A DNA stretch of 63,777 nucleotides, the filler included, from Aduncisulcus paluster (taxonomy: Eukaryota): assembly GCA_024181965.1 (NCBI GenBank). It is 34 parts of 34 records of this genome, joined end to end, with 100 filler letters (N's around TTAATTAATTAA, not from the genome) between each part and the next. Parts side by side here need not be neighbours in the genome. Positions count along the whole stretch, not along the records: positions 1 to 1,272 come from BQXS01000384.1; positions 1,373 to 2,486 come from BQXS01000385.1; positions 2,587 to 4,204 come from BQXS01000386.1; positions 4,305 to 5,564 come from BQXS01000387.1; positions 5,665 to 6,726 come from BQXS01000389.1; positions 6,827 to 11,212 come from BQXS01000391.1; positions 11,313 to 12,565 come from BQXS01000392.1; 27 more parts are not named here. The stretch is one strand, 5' to 3'. The notes beneath the pieces were generated by a model. That model was not told where the DNA came from, made no database searches, and saw only the letters and a program-made list of their open reading frames with translations. The position numbers were made by a program, and so were the translations under genes. Shown in pieces: positions 1-11,429 of the stretch. Numbering within the stretch: position 1 is the stretch's first letter; every line of letters starts with the position of its first letter.

Positions 1-1
1 A

Positions 2-1272
2 GACAAAAAGAGAATATTTGTCAGATGTAAGCATTGCCAACGCTCCATAGGGCATATGCACCACTCTAAGTGGCGATCACGATGGACAGAGGATGATTTC
101 AAGTGTACCTGTCCCAGGTTTCTTGCCTGTCCTGTGATATCTGTGATAACCCCGAGACACCGATACTCCCTGGCAATATGTGGAAATGATTACATCTTGC
201 ATGAATCATTGTCCCTCACATATGATCAGATATGTGCCGAGTTTGCTTCCCTTACCTTGCCCCCCCCAGCTCAAGTGGAGGTTCCAGCAGAAGCTCATAC
301 CCCCGAAGTTGAATGTCTGCCCATCGCTGAAGACGACGAATTTATTCCGCTTGAAGACGATTTTGGCCTGAATGAGTGCTACGTCCCATCTGAAGACAGC
401 GACTTAACGACCCATTCTTTGATACAACCCCCTTCATCGATACCTGACGTGTCTTCTATTACAGATTACGTAGACTTTCACTCCATGATACCCATTGAAG
501 AAAGGGTTAGAACTCTTATTGGAAAGCTTACTCACACCGCTACCCTTTTATTCGCCCGGGTTATAAGACGACAGCTGTCCGACACACTATACCGTTCTCT
601 ACGTTCAGCCATGATTACTGACAAAAAGGAATATGGCACGATGTATAGTTTACCTTCCCTCAAGACTGTCCATCAACTGCGGAAGAGTGTTATGCGATCG
701 AATAGGCAGTGCTCGTTCAAATACGATGGTGAGACCGTTAACTTCACTTGGAGATCGCCGATATCCGTATTACCGAGTTTTGTCTTCCACAATTTTCAAA
801 AATTCCGCCACTTTTCACCGTATATAACTGTTCCCAAATATGATGAATCTGACCCTCATTGTTGTTCATATCGAAAATACTACGAGATATGGGATCACAC
901 AAGAAAACAGATTGCTTTAGAGCCATTTCCATGCATTGATAAAGACTGGGAGCCACTCACTCATCCGGATTACTTCGATTATGTACGAATATGTGAGAAA
1001 CACCATGTCACACCTGTATTTATTATACCTATCTTAGTATTCATGGATGGTGTAATGACATGTAGAGTTGGACATACCGCTCTTACTATAAGATGGACAC
1101 TGGCCAATGTTGAGAACGCTTTTAAAACAAAGGATTTTGCCTGGAAAGAAATCTCCGTCCTCCCTGAGAACGGACAGATCGACACTTCGGCCTTTCTTAC
1201 GGAACTTGTAACCGACGCAGTCGCTTTACAAAAGGGGTTTGATGTCGTTATTAACGGTACAACCGTTCGCTT
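2..1272 (+). mobile_element. Partial DDE transposase, Plavaka/CMC (CACTA-Mirage-Chapaev)-like; open at both ends
   Basis: Frame is open from base 2 with CKHC..H..H near the N-terminus; C-terminal IIPILVFMDG...IRWTLANV...ISVLP...FLTELV.D...LQKGF.V matches the first catalytic-Asp region of Plavaka/CMC transposases as I recall it. Confidence 0.6.
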
Positions 1273-1372
1273 NNNNNNNNNNNNNNNNNNNNNNNNNNNN
1301 NNNNNNNNNNNNNNNNTTAATTAATTAANNNNNNNNNNNNNNNNNNNNNNNNNNNNNNNNNNNNNNNNNNNN
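1273..1372. other. Artificial contig-joining spacer (N44-TTAATTAATTAA-N44); first of 33 such spacers in the window
   Basis: Identical 100-nt N-flanked six-frame stop linker recurs at about 2487, 4205, 5565, 6727, 11213, 12566, 14166 ... 62551; ORFs break at each one. Confidence 0.99.
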
Positions 1373-1373
1373 C

Positions 1374-2174
1374 CTCTGTATACCTTTTGTGCAACACGCT
1401 TGCAACACTGCTGTCAACAGAACGACAGGAACCTCAGCAATGGAGGCAGTCTTCGGAGGAATGATACCTCCCGACAGAGGACTACTGAAAGATTGGCAAG
1501 AACCAATTGTAGATGTGACGCCCAGACCCACAAAGAAGATGGTCGAGTATGTGCGTCACCTGAAGAAGTTGAAAGACTTAGTGTCTGCAGGAATCAGAGA
1601 GATTCAGGATAAAGAGAAGGCTAAGAGGCCGGCGATACCACTGGAAGGGTGGGAACGAAGAATGTTACCAGAGACATTCGACTCAGACGCCAATGGACGC
1701 GAGAAGATTCCCATGGGATTCAAGCTACAGCCCCACACATTCGTGGTGATAATCCCAAAGACAGCCCCCACCAAAGGATCCTTGACACCAGAGATGCTGG
1801 GACCATATCAGGTGATTACTCATGACCAAGTATTCAAAAGAGTAAAATTAAAAGACATCCTAGATGGAGAAGTCAAGACGTGGTCGGATGACTCAGTGGT
1901 ACCATTCGATGACACGCTGTATGATATAGATCAGCTCAAGAAGCTATGTTCAGTCGGCAAGAACGACTATATTATCGAAAAGATAATGAGCCATTACAAA
2001 GGAGTGACTGAGCTCGGGGATGAGGAGTACTTCTTTGAGGTAAAATGGTTGACATGGACGGCACCGTCCATAGAGCCAGGACTGGGTTTGGTACACAATG
2101 AGACCTTTAAACTGTACATACAAGATTTCCCAGAGGTGGCGGAGTTTTATTCTGTTGCAACAGATACGGAGTGA
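1374..2174 (+). mobile_element. Ty3/gypsy integrase C-terminus with GPY module and chromodomain
   Basis: CNTAVNRTTGTSAMEAVFG (end of integrase core), LTPEMLGPYQV (GPY/F), YIIEKIMSH...FEVKWLTW...EP chromodomain; stop at 2174. Confidence 0.9.
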
Positions 2175-2430
2175 CTGATGTGATGCGCACACGGAGGTCA
2201 CAGGAGTAGAAGGTGCAGTATCCTTCTGTGTGTGAAGCCAAAGAGAGTTTTTCCCACAACAGTGTTTTTTTCAATGCTCACACTCAGACAAGTGATGGAT
2301 AGTAACACAGACCAAGTTGTGTTGAGATAGTAAAGGAGTACAGGATGGAGATCAGCTAGAGGCTGCAGAGTACAAGAGTAAGGAGGTGCAGGAGTGCCCC
2401 GCACACCCTCAGGTGGAGCTCAAGTGCTCC

Positions 2431-2486
2431 AGAAGAGAGTTGAGGAGGGTGTTGGCGGCGGCAGGGCACGGCCGGACCGGTGATGA
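2431..2486 (+). mobile_element. Polypurine tract and start of 3' LTR (TGTTG at 2450)
   Basis: AGAAGAGAGTTGAGGAGGG directly followed by TGTTGG, 275 bp after the integrase stop; truncated by contig end. Confidence 0.6.
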
Positions 2487-2586
2487 NNNNNNNNNNNNNN
2501 NNNNNNNNNNNNNNNNNNNNNNNNNNNNNNTTAATTAATTAANNNNNNNNNNNNNNNNNNNNNNNNNNNNNNNNNNNNNNNNNNNN

Positions 2587-3149
2587 TCTTTGCGGGAGAC
2601 ACTGCATATGATACTCGTATGGTTGATGACTGGAAAGAAGTTCTGTACGCATCTCGATTTGTTCCTTCCTCTTCCTCTTCCTCTTCCTCTGTCCCTCGTC
2701 CACTTGGAGACATTCCTCTATCCCTCTCGAGTAGTCCTATGATAAGTGTCAGTGAGGTTGAGAGGTCTGATGAGGATGATTTGTTATCCGAGAAGAGAGG
2801 GACTCCAGGCCACTCTGATGCTTCTTCTGGCTCAGATCCTTCTTCTTCTCCTCTCCATTCTGTCGAACCTGATATTTTCCCCGCCGTTGATCTTGCCTTG
2901 CTTCCGATCGGAGCATATGCCCCTCGAGCTATTTTCAAGACAATGCATGCTGCTCCAGAGGATACCGTTAGGATGATGGAGGCTCTTCAACCAACTCAGG
3001 CAATTGCAATGCATTGGGGGACCTTTATTCTTACCATGGAACCATATTTAGAACCTCCACGATTATCAAGAGAACTCATGGAGAAGGCGGGATTAGCTGA
3101 AAGATTTTTCATTCTTCAACATGGAGAAACAAAATTATTCTTAAAATAG
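2587..3149 (+). CDS. NAPE-PLD-like metallo-beta-lactamase-fold hydrolase, C-terminal part
   Basis: FAGDTAY, LALLPIGAYAPR, MHAAPED, IAMHWGTFILTMEP..EPP motifs; Ser-rich insertion. Confidence 0.85.
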
Positions 3150-3477
3150 ATTGGGCGAATAGCAGTGCTAACATTTCGCAAACAAGAAACCGATCAATAT
3201 TTTATGAATTATTTATGTTTTGAGTCGAGAATCCCGGCTTGGTGCCATTTGAAAATAACTTTTACATTTCAACATCTTTTTGGATCACTATTTTATGTTC
3301 ATCAAACATGCTTGATTTCTGGATGAAATTCAATTTTAACTAACAAGAATACTGGTAATAGTTTTTTTATTTTTTTTAATAACAGTTCAGTGTTTTTCCT
3401 CAATATTTCAGTGTCTAGATGAGAAATTGATCTGTTTGATTCAGACTTACACTCAGAACCTCACAGAGAAATAAGGT

Positions 3478-3919
3478 TGTCAATCATTCTGATTATGTCA
3501 TTAATCTTGTCAAAAAAAAACACCAAAACATTGGTTATTATCCAATTTTAGAGTAATTTGAAAAATGTGAATTCTAAAAATAGAATTTCTAAAAATAGAA
3601 ATTTACAAAATGAAAGTGGTGTTTTGATCCCATTTACACGGTCTAAACACCTGAGAAATGTGTGTTTGTTGTGAAAGACGGTGTTTATTGAGATGAATAA
3701 AATTAACTTTCTTGAAATTCAATGATTTTGGACAACTCCTCGTTTTCATCGTTTCTATTGTTAGATCTATCTTTCGAAGCTTTCGAAGTGCTTTCCATCG
3801 TTGATAAGTGTTCTGTTGGCCTTTGAAGATGTTTTGGAGAGAACTTAACTCTGGGCATTGGTGATAGTCACCGTGACTTCCTGAGGAAAAGTATCTCATC
3901 CAAATTCAGCATCTACACC
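3478..3919. repeat. Dispersed ~442-bp repeat, near-identical to 16582-17024; contains a 98-aa minus-strand ORF
   Basis: Direct comparison shows two substitutions and one poly-A length difference. Confidence 0.95.
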
Positions 3920-4050
3920 GAGATTTATTCTATTCCATCGATATCTCAGATATCTCCTATGAAGCCTCCAGAACGTGAACTGGATCTTAGAAAGATCTTT
4001 CAATTCTAATTCCTCAATCCTAATGCAGATTATTTCATGTCCATTCGGTA

Positions 4051-4203
4051 TCATTCTTTTTCATCTAGTTGCATTTTGATCTCAATAGTATCTTTATAAT
4101 GTTCCCATGGAAGAAGGGACAATCGTTCAATAATTTCACTTTCATCTGGCATTGTAAAAACAAGGGAGCAAATGCCAAACCATCGACAATTCTTCTCATC
4201 CCA
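4051..4203 (-). CDS. C-terminal fragment of the lineage-specific family of 37116-38210, with a 15-aa extension
   Basis: Manual translation WDEKNCRWFGICSLVFTMPDESEIIERLSLLPWEHYKDTIEIKMQLDEKE* aligns with ...SLVFTIPEESEIIERLSLLPWE*. Confidence 0.85.
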   Translation of the reverse strand, partial: WDEKNCRWFGICSLVFTMPDESEIIERLSLLPWEHYKDTIEIKMQLDEKE

Positions 4204-4304
4204 CNNNNNNNNNNNNNNNNNNNNNNNNNNNNNNNNNNNNNNNNNNNNTTAATTAATTAANNNNNNNNNNNNNNNNNNNNNNNNNNNNNNNNNNNNNNNN
4301 NNNN

Positions 4305-5563
4305 TGCATAACGGCTGTTAGATTTTCGATAAACTCCTTCTTGTTTTTTCCGAATATCAAGATGTCGTCAATGTAGACGTAACAATTAACTCCAATAAGA
4401 TCCGCAAAGATCGTATTCATCGCCATCTGGAAGAAACGAGGAGCATTCACTAGACCAAAAGGCATTACCTTCCAATGGAATACTCCAAAAGGTGTTGAGA
4501 AAGCCGTCAATTGTCTAGATTTCTTTCCGACTTTAATCTGGTGGAAACCACTTTGTAGATCAAGTGTTCCGAACACCATGGAACCCGAAAGTCCATCAAG
4601 AATCTCATCGATTCGGGGTAAAGGGTATGGATACTCCTTCGTGATTTTGTTGAGCTCCCGATAATCTACGCACATCCTGAGCTTATCTGGCTTCTTCTTT
4701 ACAACCACAATAGCCGAATAGAATCCCGATTGAGACCTTTCAATCTGGTCTTTCTCGAGCAACTCTTGCGTGTGATCTTTAATGAACTCACGGTACTTCC
4801 GGGCCAATATTCTCCTCTCAGCCACCGTGAAAACCTTTCCTTCGGTTAATTCAATTTCAAATTCGGGGAAGTCTCCCACGATACCAGGTGGTCTGGCTGC
4901 CACAGATTCTTGATACTTAATGGCTACCATTGCAATTCCTTCTGCAATGATTGGGTCATCACTGTTCAAGCCACAAAGTTGGTCTGTCGAAACAGCATCA
5001 GTGGGCTCATCAGTGATGACCTCCTTTCGAGTGAATGGAAGTGACAATAAGTCATTGTCCAATATCACATCCATCCCCAAGATTAAAGGATACTCAGGGA
5101 TCTCCTCCAGAATGACACAGTTCGTGATCATAGTAATATCTCTTCCGATAAAATCATTCGCTATGGTAAATTTGCAAGTTATGACTCCTGAACTAATTCT
5201 GTCTGTTCCATCTCCCAAAGATATGGTGGTTGTAACCGACGAGTCTATAAACTCCAGGAGATCATTGTAATCCAAAAACTTCTTTGAAATGAATGAGCAG
5301 GATGCGCCTGTGTCGATTAATGCTAACACCTCCCACGACTTTTCCAGTGATTGTTCTGGGATCCTGACCGATAAAGGGATTGTAAGGAGAGGTCCTTTCG
5401 CGTTGTCTAACCTTAATAGATACTCATCCTTTTCCTTTACTGCGGTCTTGTTCGGACAATTAGAAGCATAATGTCCCTTCTTTCCACAGATAAAGCAAAT
5501 GACATCTCCCTTACTGCGTTTTGGTGTACCAACCTTCCTATCACCCTCACTGTACCTACGCTT
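4305..5563 (-). mobile_element. Ty3/gypsy gag-pol fragment: zinc knuckle, aspartic protease and RT in one frame
   Basis: CFICGKKGHYASNC, LIDTGAS, RMCVDYRELN, LDLQSGFHQI, MPFGLVNAP, YIDD; no stop or frameshift between knuckle and protease. Confidence 0.96.
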
Positions 5564-5665
5564 TNNNNNNNNNNNNNNNNNNNNNNNNNNNNNNNNNNNN
5601 NNNNNNNNTTAATTAATTAANNNNNNNNNNNNNNNNNNNNNNNNNNNNNNNNNNNNNNNNNNNNG

Positions 5666-6726
5666 TTTTGTGAGACTGTGCTCGTAAATGTTGATGGTGT
5701 TGCATTCCCATGTGTTCTGAAGAAGATGCTCCAAAGTGCAGACCAAACTGTTGTGAAGGCTTGTGAAGCCGAATTCAAGACCCAACTCAAGCTATTTTAC
5801 AATCCCAAATGTTTCCACCGAATCCCACGTCCTCTGTATATTCTTGATCTTCTTGATGATAACTACAAAGGTGTGTATGGGTTCTTGATGGAATTCTGTG
5901 TTGGAGGCAGTGTGAGTTCCTTTGCAAAGAGATGGTGTGTCGATGACAAGTATGTGAGTGCGAAGGATGATGAAGATTCTGACGATTCTTCTCTCTCCGA
6001 CTCTGATTCGAGTTGTTCCTCAGATTCTGCCTCTCGCCAACATTCCTCATCCTTTGACCCCATGACACTGAACCCTGTGAAAGTTGCTGCCCTGTGTGTT
6101 GGAATGATTGAGTGTCTCGATGATGTGTTCACGGCTAAACCAAGTCTTGTTCATCGAGACATCAAACCTGACAACTTCCTTGTTCGTGTTGATCCCGATT
6201 CTAAGAAGTGCACTATTGTTCTTGCTGATCTTGGATTCGTGCAGATCCAGGATTCCATCTCTGGTTCAGCCTCTTCCAGAAGGTACTATTCCTCATGCCT
6301 TTTGTCTGAAGAAAGTTCCATTATAGGTCCTCTTGTCTACAACTCATACCAAGCCCTGTGTGGAATTCAAACTCAGTCCAGCGATGGCTACTCTCTTGGA
6401 ATTGCAATCCTTGCCCTATTTTTGTGTCAAATCCCATTCTTACAAATCCCAGTGCTTCGAGGCATCTCCGATAAAACTGTGTTCAGCGATGCTCTCATGA
6501 CTCTGATTGAGAAGAACAGAACAACCAAACTCAAGGACTCGCCTCTGTTCAAATCTCTCAATCACATTGACGACGGGAAGTTCAAGGCTGTTTATTCTTG
6601 TCTGAATGACGTCTTCACAGGTTTGACTCGGAAGGATGATGACAAACGCATGAGTGTGCACCAAGCCCGTGAAAAGGTCCAATCCATCAAAGCATTATTG
6701 CCCATGCTTGGAGAAGGGTTTGAGTG
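5666..6726 (+). CDS. Divergent Ser/Thr protein kinase domain (partial), lineage-expanded family
   Basis: CVLKK, LMEFC.GG, HRDIKPDN, DLG in place of DFG, SDGYSLG. Confidence 0.9.
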
Positions 6727-6827
6727 NNNNNNNNNNNNNNNNNNNNNNNNNNNNNNNNNNNNNNNNNNNNTTAATTAATTAANNNNNNNNNNNNNNNNNN
6801 NNNNNNNNNNNNNNNNNNNNNNNNNNA

Positions 6828-7757
6828 TTACAAAGCTGTATCCCTCGTCCTCTGCATATCCTTGATCTTCTCGATGGTGATCTGAAAGGAACGTTTGGGA
6901 TGGCGATGGAGTTCTGTCAAGGTGGGAATGTGATTGACTTTGCCAAAAGCTGGGCTGTTGATCTCGACGAATATGATCCTTGTGAAGATGATGAAGAGGA
7001 CCTTGTGTATGATCCTGTGAAGATCGCTGCTCTGTGTGTGGCTATCATCGAGTGTGTTGCTACCTTGTGTGTTGCGAAGAAGAAGCTTGTTCATCGCGAC
7101 ATTAAACCCGATAACTTCCTTGTTCGGTATGATGCTTTGAAGAAACAGTGTCATGTTCTTCTTGGAGATTTGGGCTTTGTTGAGATCCGTCATTCTATGT
7201 CTCGCAATTCTTTCATTAGCGCTCTGTGTTACAATGCACCCGAGAGTCTTGCCAATGGGTTTTACTGCCAACGCAGTGATGCATGGGGAGTTGTGCTGAC
7301 AATATGGTCTCTCTTCAATGATATGAAGCAGCCTTTCATGACTCATCCGGATGTCACGTTTATTCCCCCATCCAAAGAATACAACAGGCGTCTCCGATCT
7401 GTTTTGCATGACTTGACGCACGAGAGAATCAGCCTCCCACAGCTGACAGACAGTGAGATCTTCTGTTCCCTTGAGACGATTGAAGGTGGGAAATACAATG
7501 CCGTGTATCAAGTGTTTCTTGCCGTGTTCGATGGTCTGTTGAACCCTGACCGTCTGAAACGAATGACGATCCACCAAGCCCGCTCTCTGACGAATGATAT
7601 CAAATATTTACTGCCGCGTCTTGGAGAAGGGTGGGAATGTCCATCCATCGAGGAGTACATTGCCCGTCAGCTTGAAGAGTATGATGGGTGTACAGGGACA
7701 ATCCATAGCAGTAGCAGTAGCAGTAGCAGTAGCAGTAGCAGCAGCCGTGTGAAATAA
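6828..7757 (+). CDS. Divergent Ser/Thr protein kinase (5'-partial), paralogue of 5666-6726
   Basis: MEFCQGG, HRDIKPDN, DLG, YNAPE, SDAWG; poly-Ser (AGTAGC)n tail. Confidence 0.92.
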   Translation, partial: LQSCIPRPLHILDLLDGDLKGTFGMAMEFCQGGNVIDFAKSWAVDLDEYDPCEDDEEDLVYDPVKIAALCVAIIECVATLCVAKKKLVHRDIKPDNFLVRYDALKKQCHVLLGDLGFVEIRHSMSRNSFISALCYNAPESLANGFYCQRSDAWGVVLTIWSLFNDMKQPFMTHPDVTFIPPSKEYNRRLRSVLHDLTHERISLPQLTDSEIFCSLETIEGGKYNAVYQVFLAVFDGLLNPDRLKRMTIHQARSLTNDIKYLLPRLGEGWECPSIEEYIARQLEEYDGCTGTIHSSSSSSSSSSSSSRVK

Positions 7758-8062
7758 GGAGTTGATAAAGATGTGCTCTAGTTGGTGACGTGTGTAATCT
7801 CCCAGCTCTCACAAAAAGATCTCACACTTTCACTGTTCTATTCTATTTTCTGTTGATCTCGTTAACGGGATTTTCGTTAGACTCCAATCAGTTCCAATAT
7901 ACTTCTTCCTTCACAAATGACTCGTACATTCCTCTAAAATGTGCTTTATTCCCTTCTTTTTTTTTCTTTGTAGTTTTATAATATATTCTAACTCAGTAAA
8001 GCATGAACAACAACAGCAATACAAAAACACAAACTGTTGCTATAATTAGAATATTTCTATAA

Positions 8063-9120
8063 TTAGAACATTATGTGATAGCATTCATGATGCCACACTG
8101 TGACTGTCCGTTTCTTTTGATCGACAATAATAAACATAAAATTTCGAATATCTGAGGAATGAAAAGGACACGTTCCAAAAATAGATTTGATCTTAAACAC
8201 CGAACAACGTGAAGAAAGACTAATTTCAGCAATAAGAGATGAACCACGAGTTATTTTTGTCATCTTAATTAGGTGTTTATACAACCATTTCGTAGTTCCT
8301 AAATAACCTTCGCATACAATGTCATATTGATTCATACTACCACCAAGAAGTACATGTTGGAAAAGCTGGAAGATAAATTCTTTCCTTTCGGTCGGTTCGA
8401 ACAGATAATACTCATCATCTTCTTCATCAAACACGGCACAATCAAGTGTGGTATGAGCCTCAATTTCGGTTCCTTTAACATCAATAGGATGCCACATACA
8501 CTCTTTGAGAGGCAGTGAGCTCATTGAGGCAGCTTTTTTCTTTGATTTGGGCAGACAAATGAGGTTAGAAGAGACCAGACGATTGAAAAAGTTCATAGTT
8601 GTGATATTAACAGGAATAGTATCATAGTCAATACTTTTAGAGGAATCCAGATCCATGGATGAAAGACTAATGGAGGGTTTTCCTGATATATCTTTCTATT
8701 TTAATAAAAATGAAAAAAGGAACAACCAAACATCAAGAGCACGATAAGAAGAGAGGATTTATACTCGATGCAAGAATATAAAAGTTGAAAAATGTTGGAA
8801 ACATACGAATTTTAAAGAATCTTTTACATTAGAAGATTCAAAAAAAGAAGTTATGAAGGAGAGATTATCGATAGAGGGAATAAATTCCTTGTCAAAGGAA
8901 AATGTACACGTTGAAGAATATTTATAAAGACCCCTTTGTGTTGAAATCCAAAAAATGTATTAAAAATATTCCCAAAAATATTGTAAAACTAGCCATAAAG
9001 AAATGTAATTGAATGGATGATAGAAACATACCATTTGAAAATATTTTCCTGTATTTCGGGAGCATCCAAAAAGTTAGGAGTTTTTAATAGATTAAATGTA
9101 AAAGATTTGTCTTCTTCCAT
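8063..9120 (-). CDS. CFAP300: CFAP300/C11orf70 dynein-arm assembly factor; exons 9120-9032, 8933-8807, 8695-8063 (282 aa)
   Basis: Splicing two GTATGT..AG introns (9031-8934, 8806-8696) gives a continuous frame with FKWG..FSFDKEF..FF and ERKEFIFQLFQHVLLGGSMNQYD...YK.L...IVD..KR.VTVWHH. Confidence 0.88.
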
Positions 9121-9248
9121 GTGCAATACCGCCAAAACAACAAGATTGATTTCTTGAATGTTAATAGAACCCTGTATGCAAGATGCATAATGTAAAATAA
9201 AAATATAGTCCAATTTAAAAGGGATTTATTTTATTATTTATTTCTATA

Positions 9249-10019
9249 TTATCCAATATGAGGCCTCATCTCCATTTCTTCGATAATTCCTTCAGCAGTC
9301 ACAACTTTGATAAGATATTTAGGATCTTTAATAAGATATCTAACTTGAAGTTGATTGATTGCCGTTTGCAAAATACCTTTAGCTTGGTCAATGCTCAATT
9401 CATCAGCTTTAATGGGTGCTTTTTCTCCGCATTTCCTGTCGAATAATGACAATAAAAAGTGGGAACAATATCCTTGAGCAGCAAATGGAACCTCACAAAG
9501 TGTTCCAAGATAATCGATTAGATACAAATGAGCAGTTTGGTCATCCTTCTCTTCCTCCTCTTTTTCTTCTTCTCCTTTCTTTAATTCTTCCTCTTCTTCC
9601 TCTTCTTTTGATTTTTCTTCCTCTTTTTTCTCTTCTAACTTTGAAGAGGAGGTGGTAGGAGAAGAAATGTCTTCAGACTCGATAGAAAAGGGAATATCAA
9701 CTCCTCCGAAGATAGTATTCACTTGAAACGGGGATCTTGTACGAAGGGATGTGGCTAAACGAGTTCTAATGTAGTTGGCAGCAGCGTTTACCTTCAAAGG
9801 GAAACCTTGTCTGAATGAAGTGAGTTTTAGGGAAGAACGAATTGAATCAACAAACTGTTGTGAATCGCCACCTTCTCCTGTGACAGCTAGCATCTTGTGA
9901 TCGTCAATTTTCGCTATTTTATCATATTCTGTCATTTGAACTGTAATACCTCTCGCAGCTTGCATACTACAGGCCAATATAACAAAATCCTTTCCTCTAA
10001 TACCTAAAAGTGAGTCCAT
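9249..10019 (-). CDS. PSMB2: 20S proteasome subunit beta-4 (PSMB2/Pre1) with an acidic insertion
   Basis: MDSLLGIRGKDFVILA, GEGGD..QF, AANYIR..LA..LR.R.PFQVN, LYLIDYLGT, AAQGY..F.LS.FDR. Confidence 0.93.
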   Translation of the reverse strand: MDSLLGIRGKDFVILACSMQAARGITVQMTEYDKIAKIDDHKMLAVTGEGGDSQQFVDSIRSSLKLTSFRQGFPLKVNAAANYIRTRLATSLRTRSPFQVNTIFGGVDIPFSIESEDISSPTTSSSKLEEKKEEEKSKEEEEEEELKKGEEEKEEEEKDDQTAHLYLIDYLGTLCEVPFAAQGYCSHFLLSLFDRKCGEKAPIKADELSIDQAKGILQTAINQLQVRYLIKDPKYLIKVVTAEGIIEEMEMRPHIG

Positions 10020-10491
10020 CTGTGTTTGGTTTGTTGCAAACTTGATAGGATGACGAATTGATTTGACAATTTCGGGTGTGGAAAGAAACACTCAAAATAG
10101 GAAAAATCTCGGAAATAATTTACAAGAAAATATTGAAAAAAACAATTAATTTATTCAAATACTAATCGAATAATGTATTTTGCATCATTTTTAAAAAAAT
10201 CATTTGGGGGAGTCAATGAATTAAAACATAATTTAATGAGAAATGTTTGTTTAATGATATTATTTGTTTTAAAAAAAGAGATTGTTAATGCATGGCTACT
10301 TGATTCTGGTAAGATAAGAAAAGTAAATTCTTCTGGAGTTTAAACATGATAATACTAAATTTCGATTAGGTTTATTTGAAGACCCTTTATCACAAATTCA
10401 TAATGATGTGGGTAAACAATTGGTTGTCAGCTTAAATCCTATCAATAGATGAACTTTCCTTCCACGCTTCGTTTTGTCGACAGTACAAATA

Positions 10492-11212
10492 ATGGATACA
10501 GCAGGAACAACCGATTCACAAGAGAAGAGGGAGTTATATACAAAATATCGTCGTATGCAAGGTGATCATAAGTCATATGCCGAAGAGACTCAAAAAATTG
10601 TCAGACAGCAAAAGTATGTTTGAATATTGACCATTATATTATGTTAATATTGATAACTTTTTTTATTTTTCTTGTTATAATTTCAAAATTTATTTCCATT
10701 GTTTATAGAATGCTCATTGAAGGTTTAACATATGAAAACCAAATTCTAGAAACTCGACTTGCCCACGAAACACAAGCATCAAAGAGTCATTCGTCCAAGG
10801 ACGGTTTGCAACGTGTCTCAAAGCTTCGGAAAAACAAACAAGATCTTTTAGCTCAGATTTCTGCCCTTGGTGATGATGTTTCGCACCACAGACAGATGTT
10901 GAAAGATTTTTTAGGTAGATTAAATGAGTTGAGAAAGCGTAAATCACGTGTCAGTGGCCGCAAAGTCACCGACGGAGCTCTCGAAAGGAAAAGAAAGATT
11001 TTAGAAGGTAGACTGGAACAAGCCATCACATCTCTGAACAAAAAGCTTGCGAATACGAAAGTTCTTCGTGAAACCATTGAGAATTTACGTAAAGAACGCA
11101 GCTTTTTCGATAGATCCATCCGCAAACTGCAATACGAGGAAGATTCCACCCAGAAACGAATTGACGAGGCCATTGACGGATCAAATAGTGCATATGCCCA
11201 TCGTGAACAACT
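10492..11212 (+). CDS. ODAD1: Outer dynein arm docking complex subunit DC2 (CCDC114/CCDC63 family), 3'-partial; intron 10614-10708
   Basis: Exon 1 ...KYRRMQGDHKSYAEETQKIVRQQ joined through a GTATGT..TAG intron to a coiled coil with LEGRLEQA...LRETIENLRKERSFFD...SNSAY. Confidence 0.8.
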
Positions 11213-11312
11213 NNNNNNNNNNNNNNNNNNNNNNNNNNNNNNNNNNNNNNNNNNNNTTAATTAATTAANNNNNNNNNNNNNNNNNNNNNNNNNNNNNNNN
11301 NNNNNNNNNNNN

Positions 11313-11407
11313 AATTCATTGGTGAAACGGTTCCAAGATTCAGTCGTTACTTCTTCAAGGAACGGTTGGCTAAGTTCGTCCAGAACTTTTGGATTCTTTA
11401 CAGGCAT
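11313..11407 (-). mobile_element. Start of a retrotransposon gag-like ORF (not in the ORF track)
   Basis: MPVKNPKVLDELSQPFLEEVTTESWNRFTNE is homologous to 32638- MNSKRLFSEEIVRPFLDQVTTESWAQFVAE. Confidence 0.8.
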
Positions 11408-11429
11408 TTCTTCTACTCAAAAATATTTT

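Noticed and set aside
6828-7577. Long antisense ORFs (here, also 42109-42666 and 54490-55038)
   Set aside because: They are shadows of well-supported genes on the opposite strand and have no motifs of their own.
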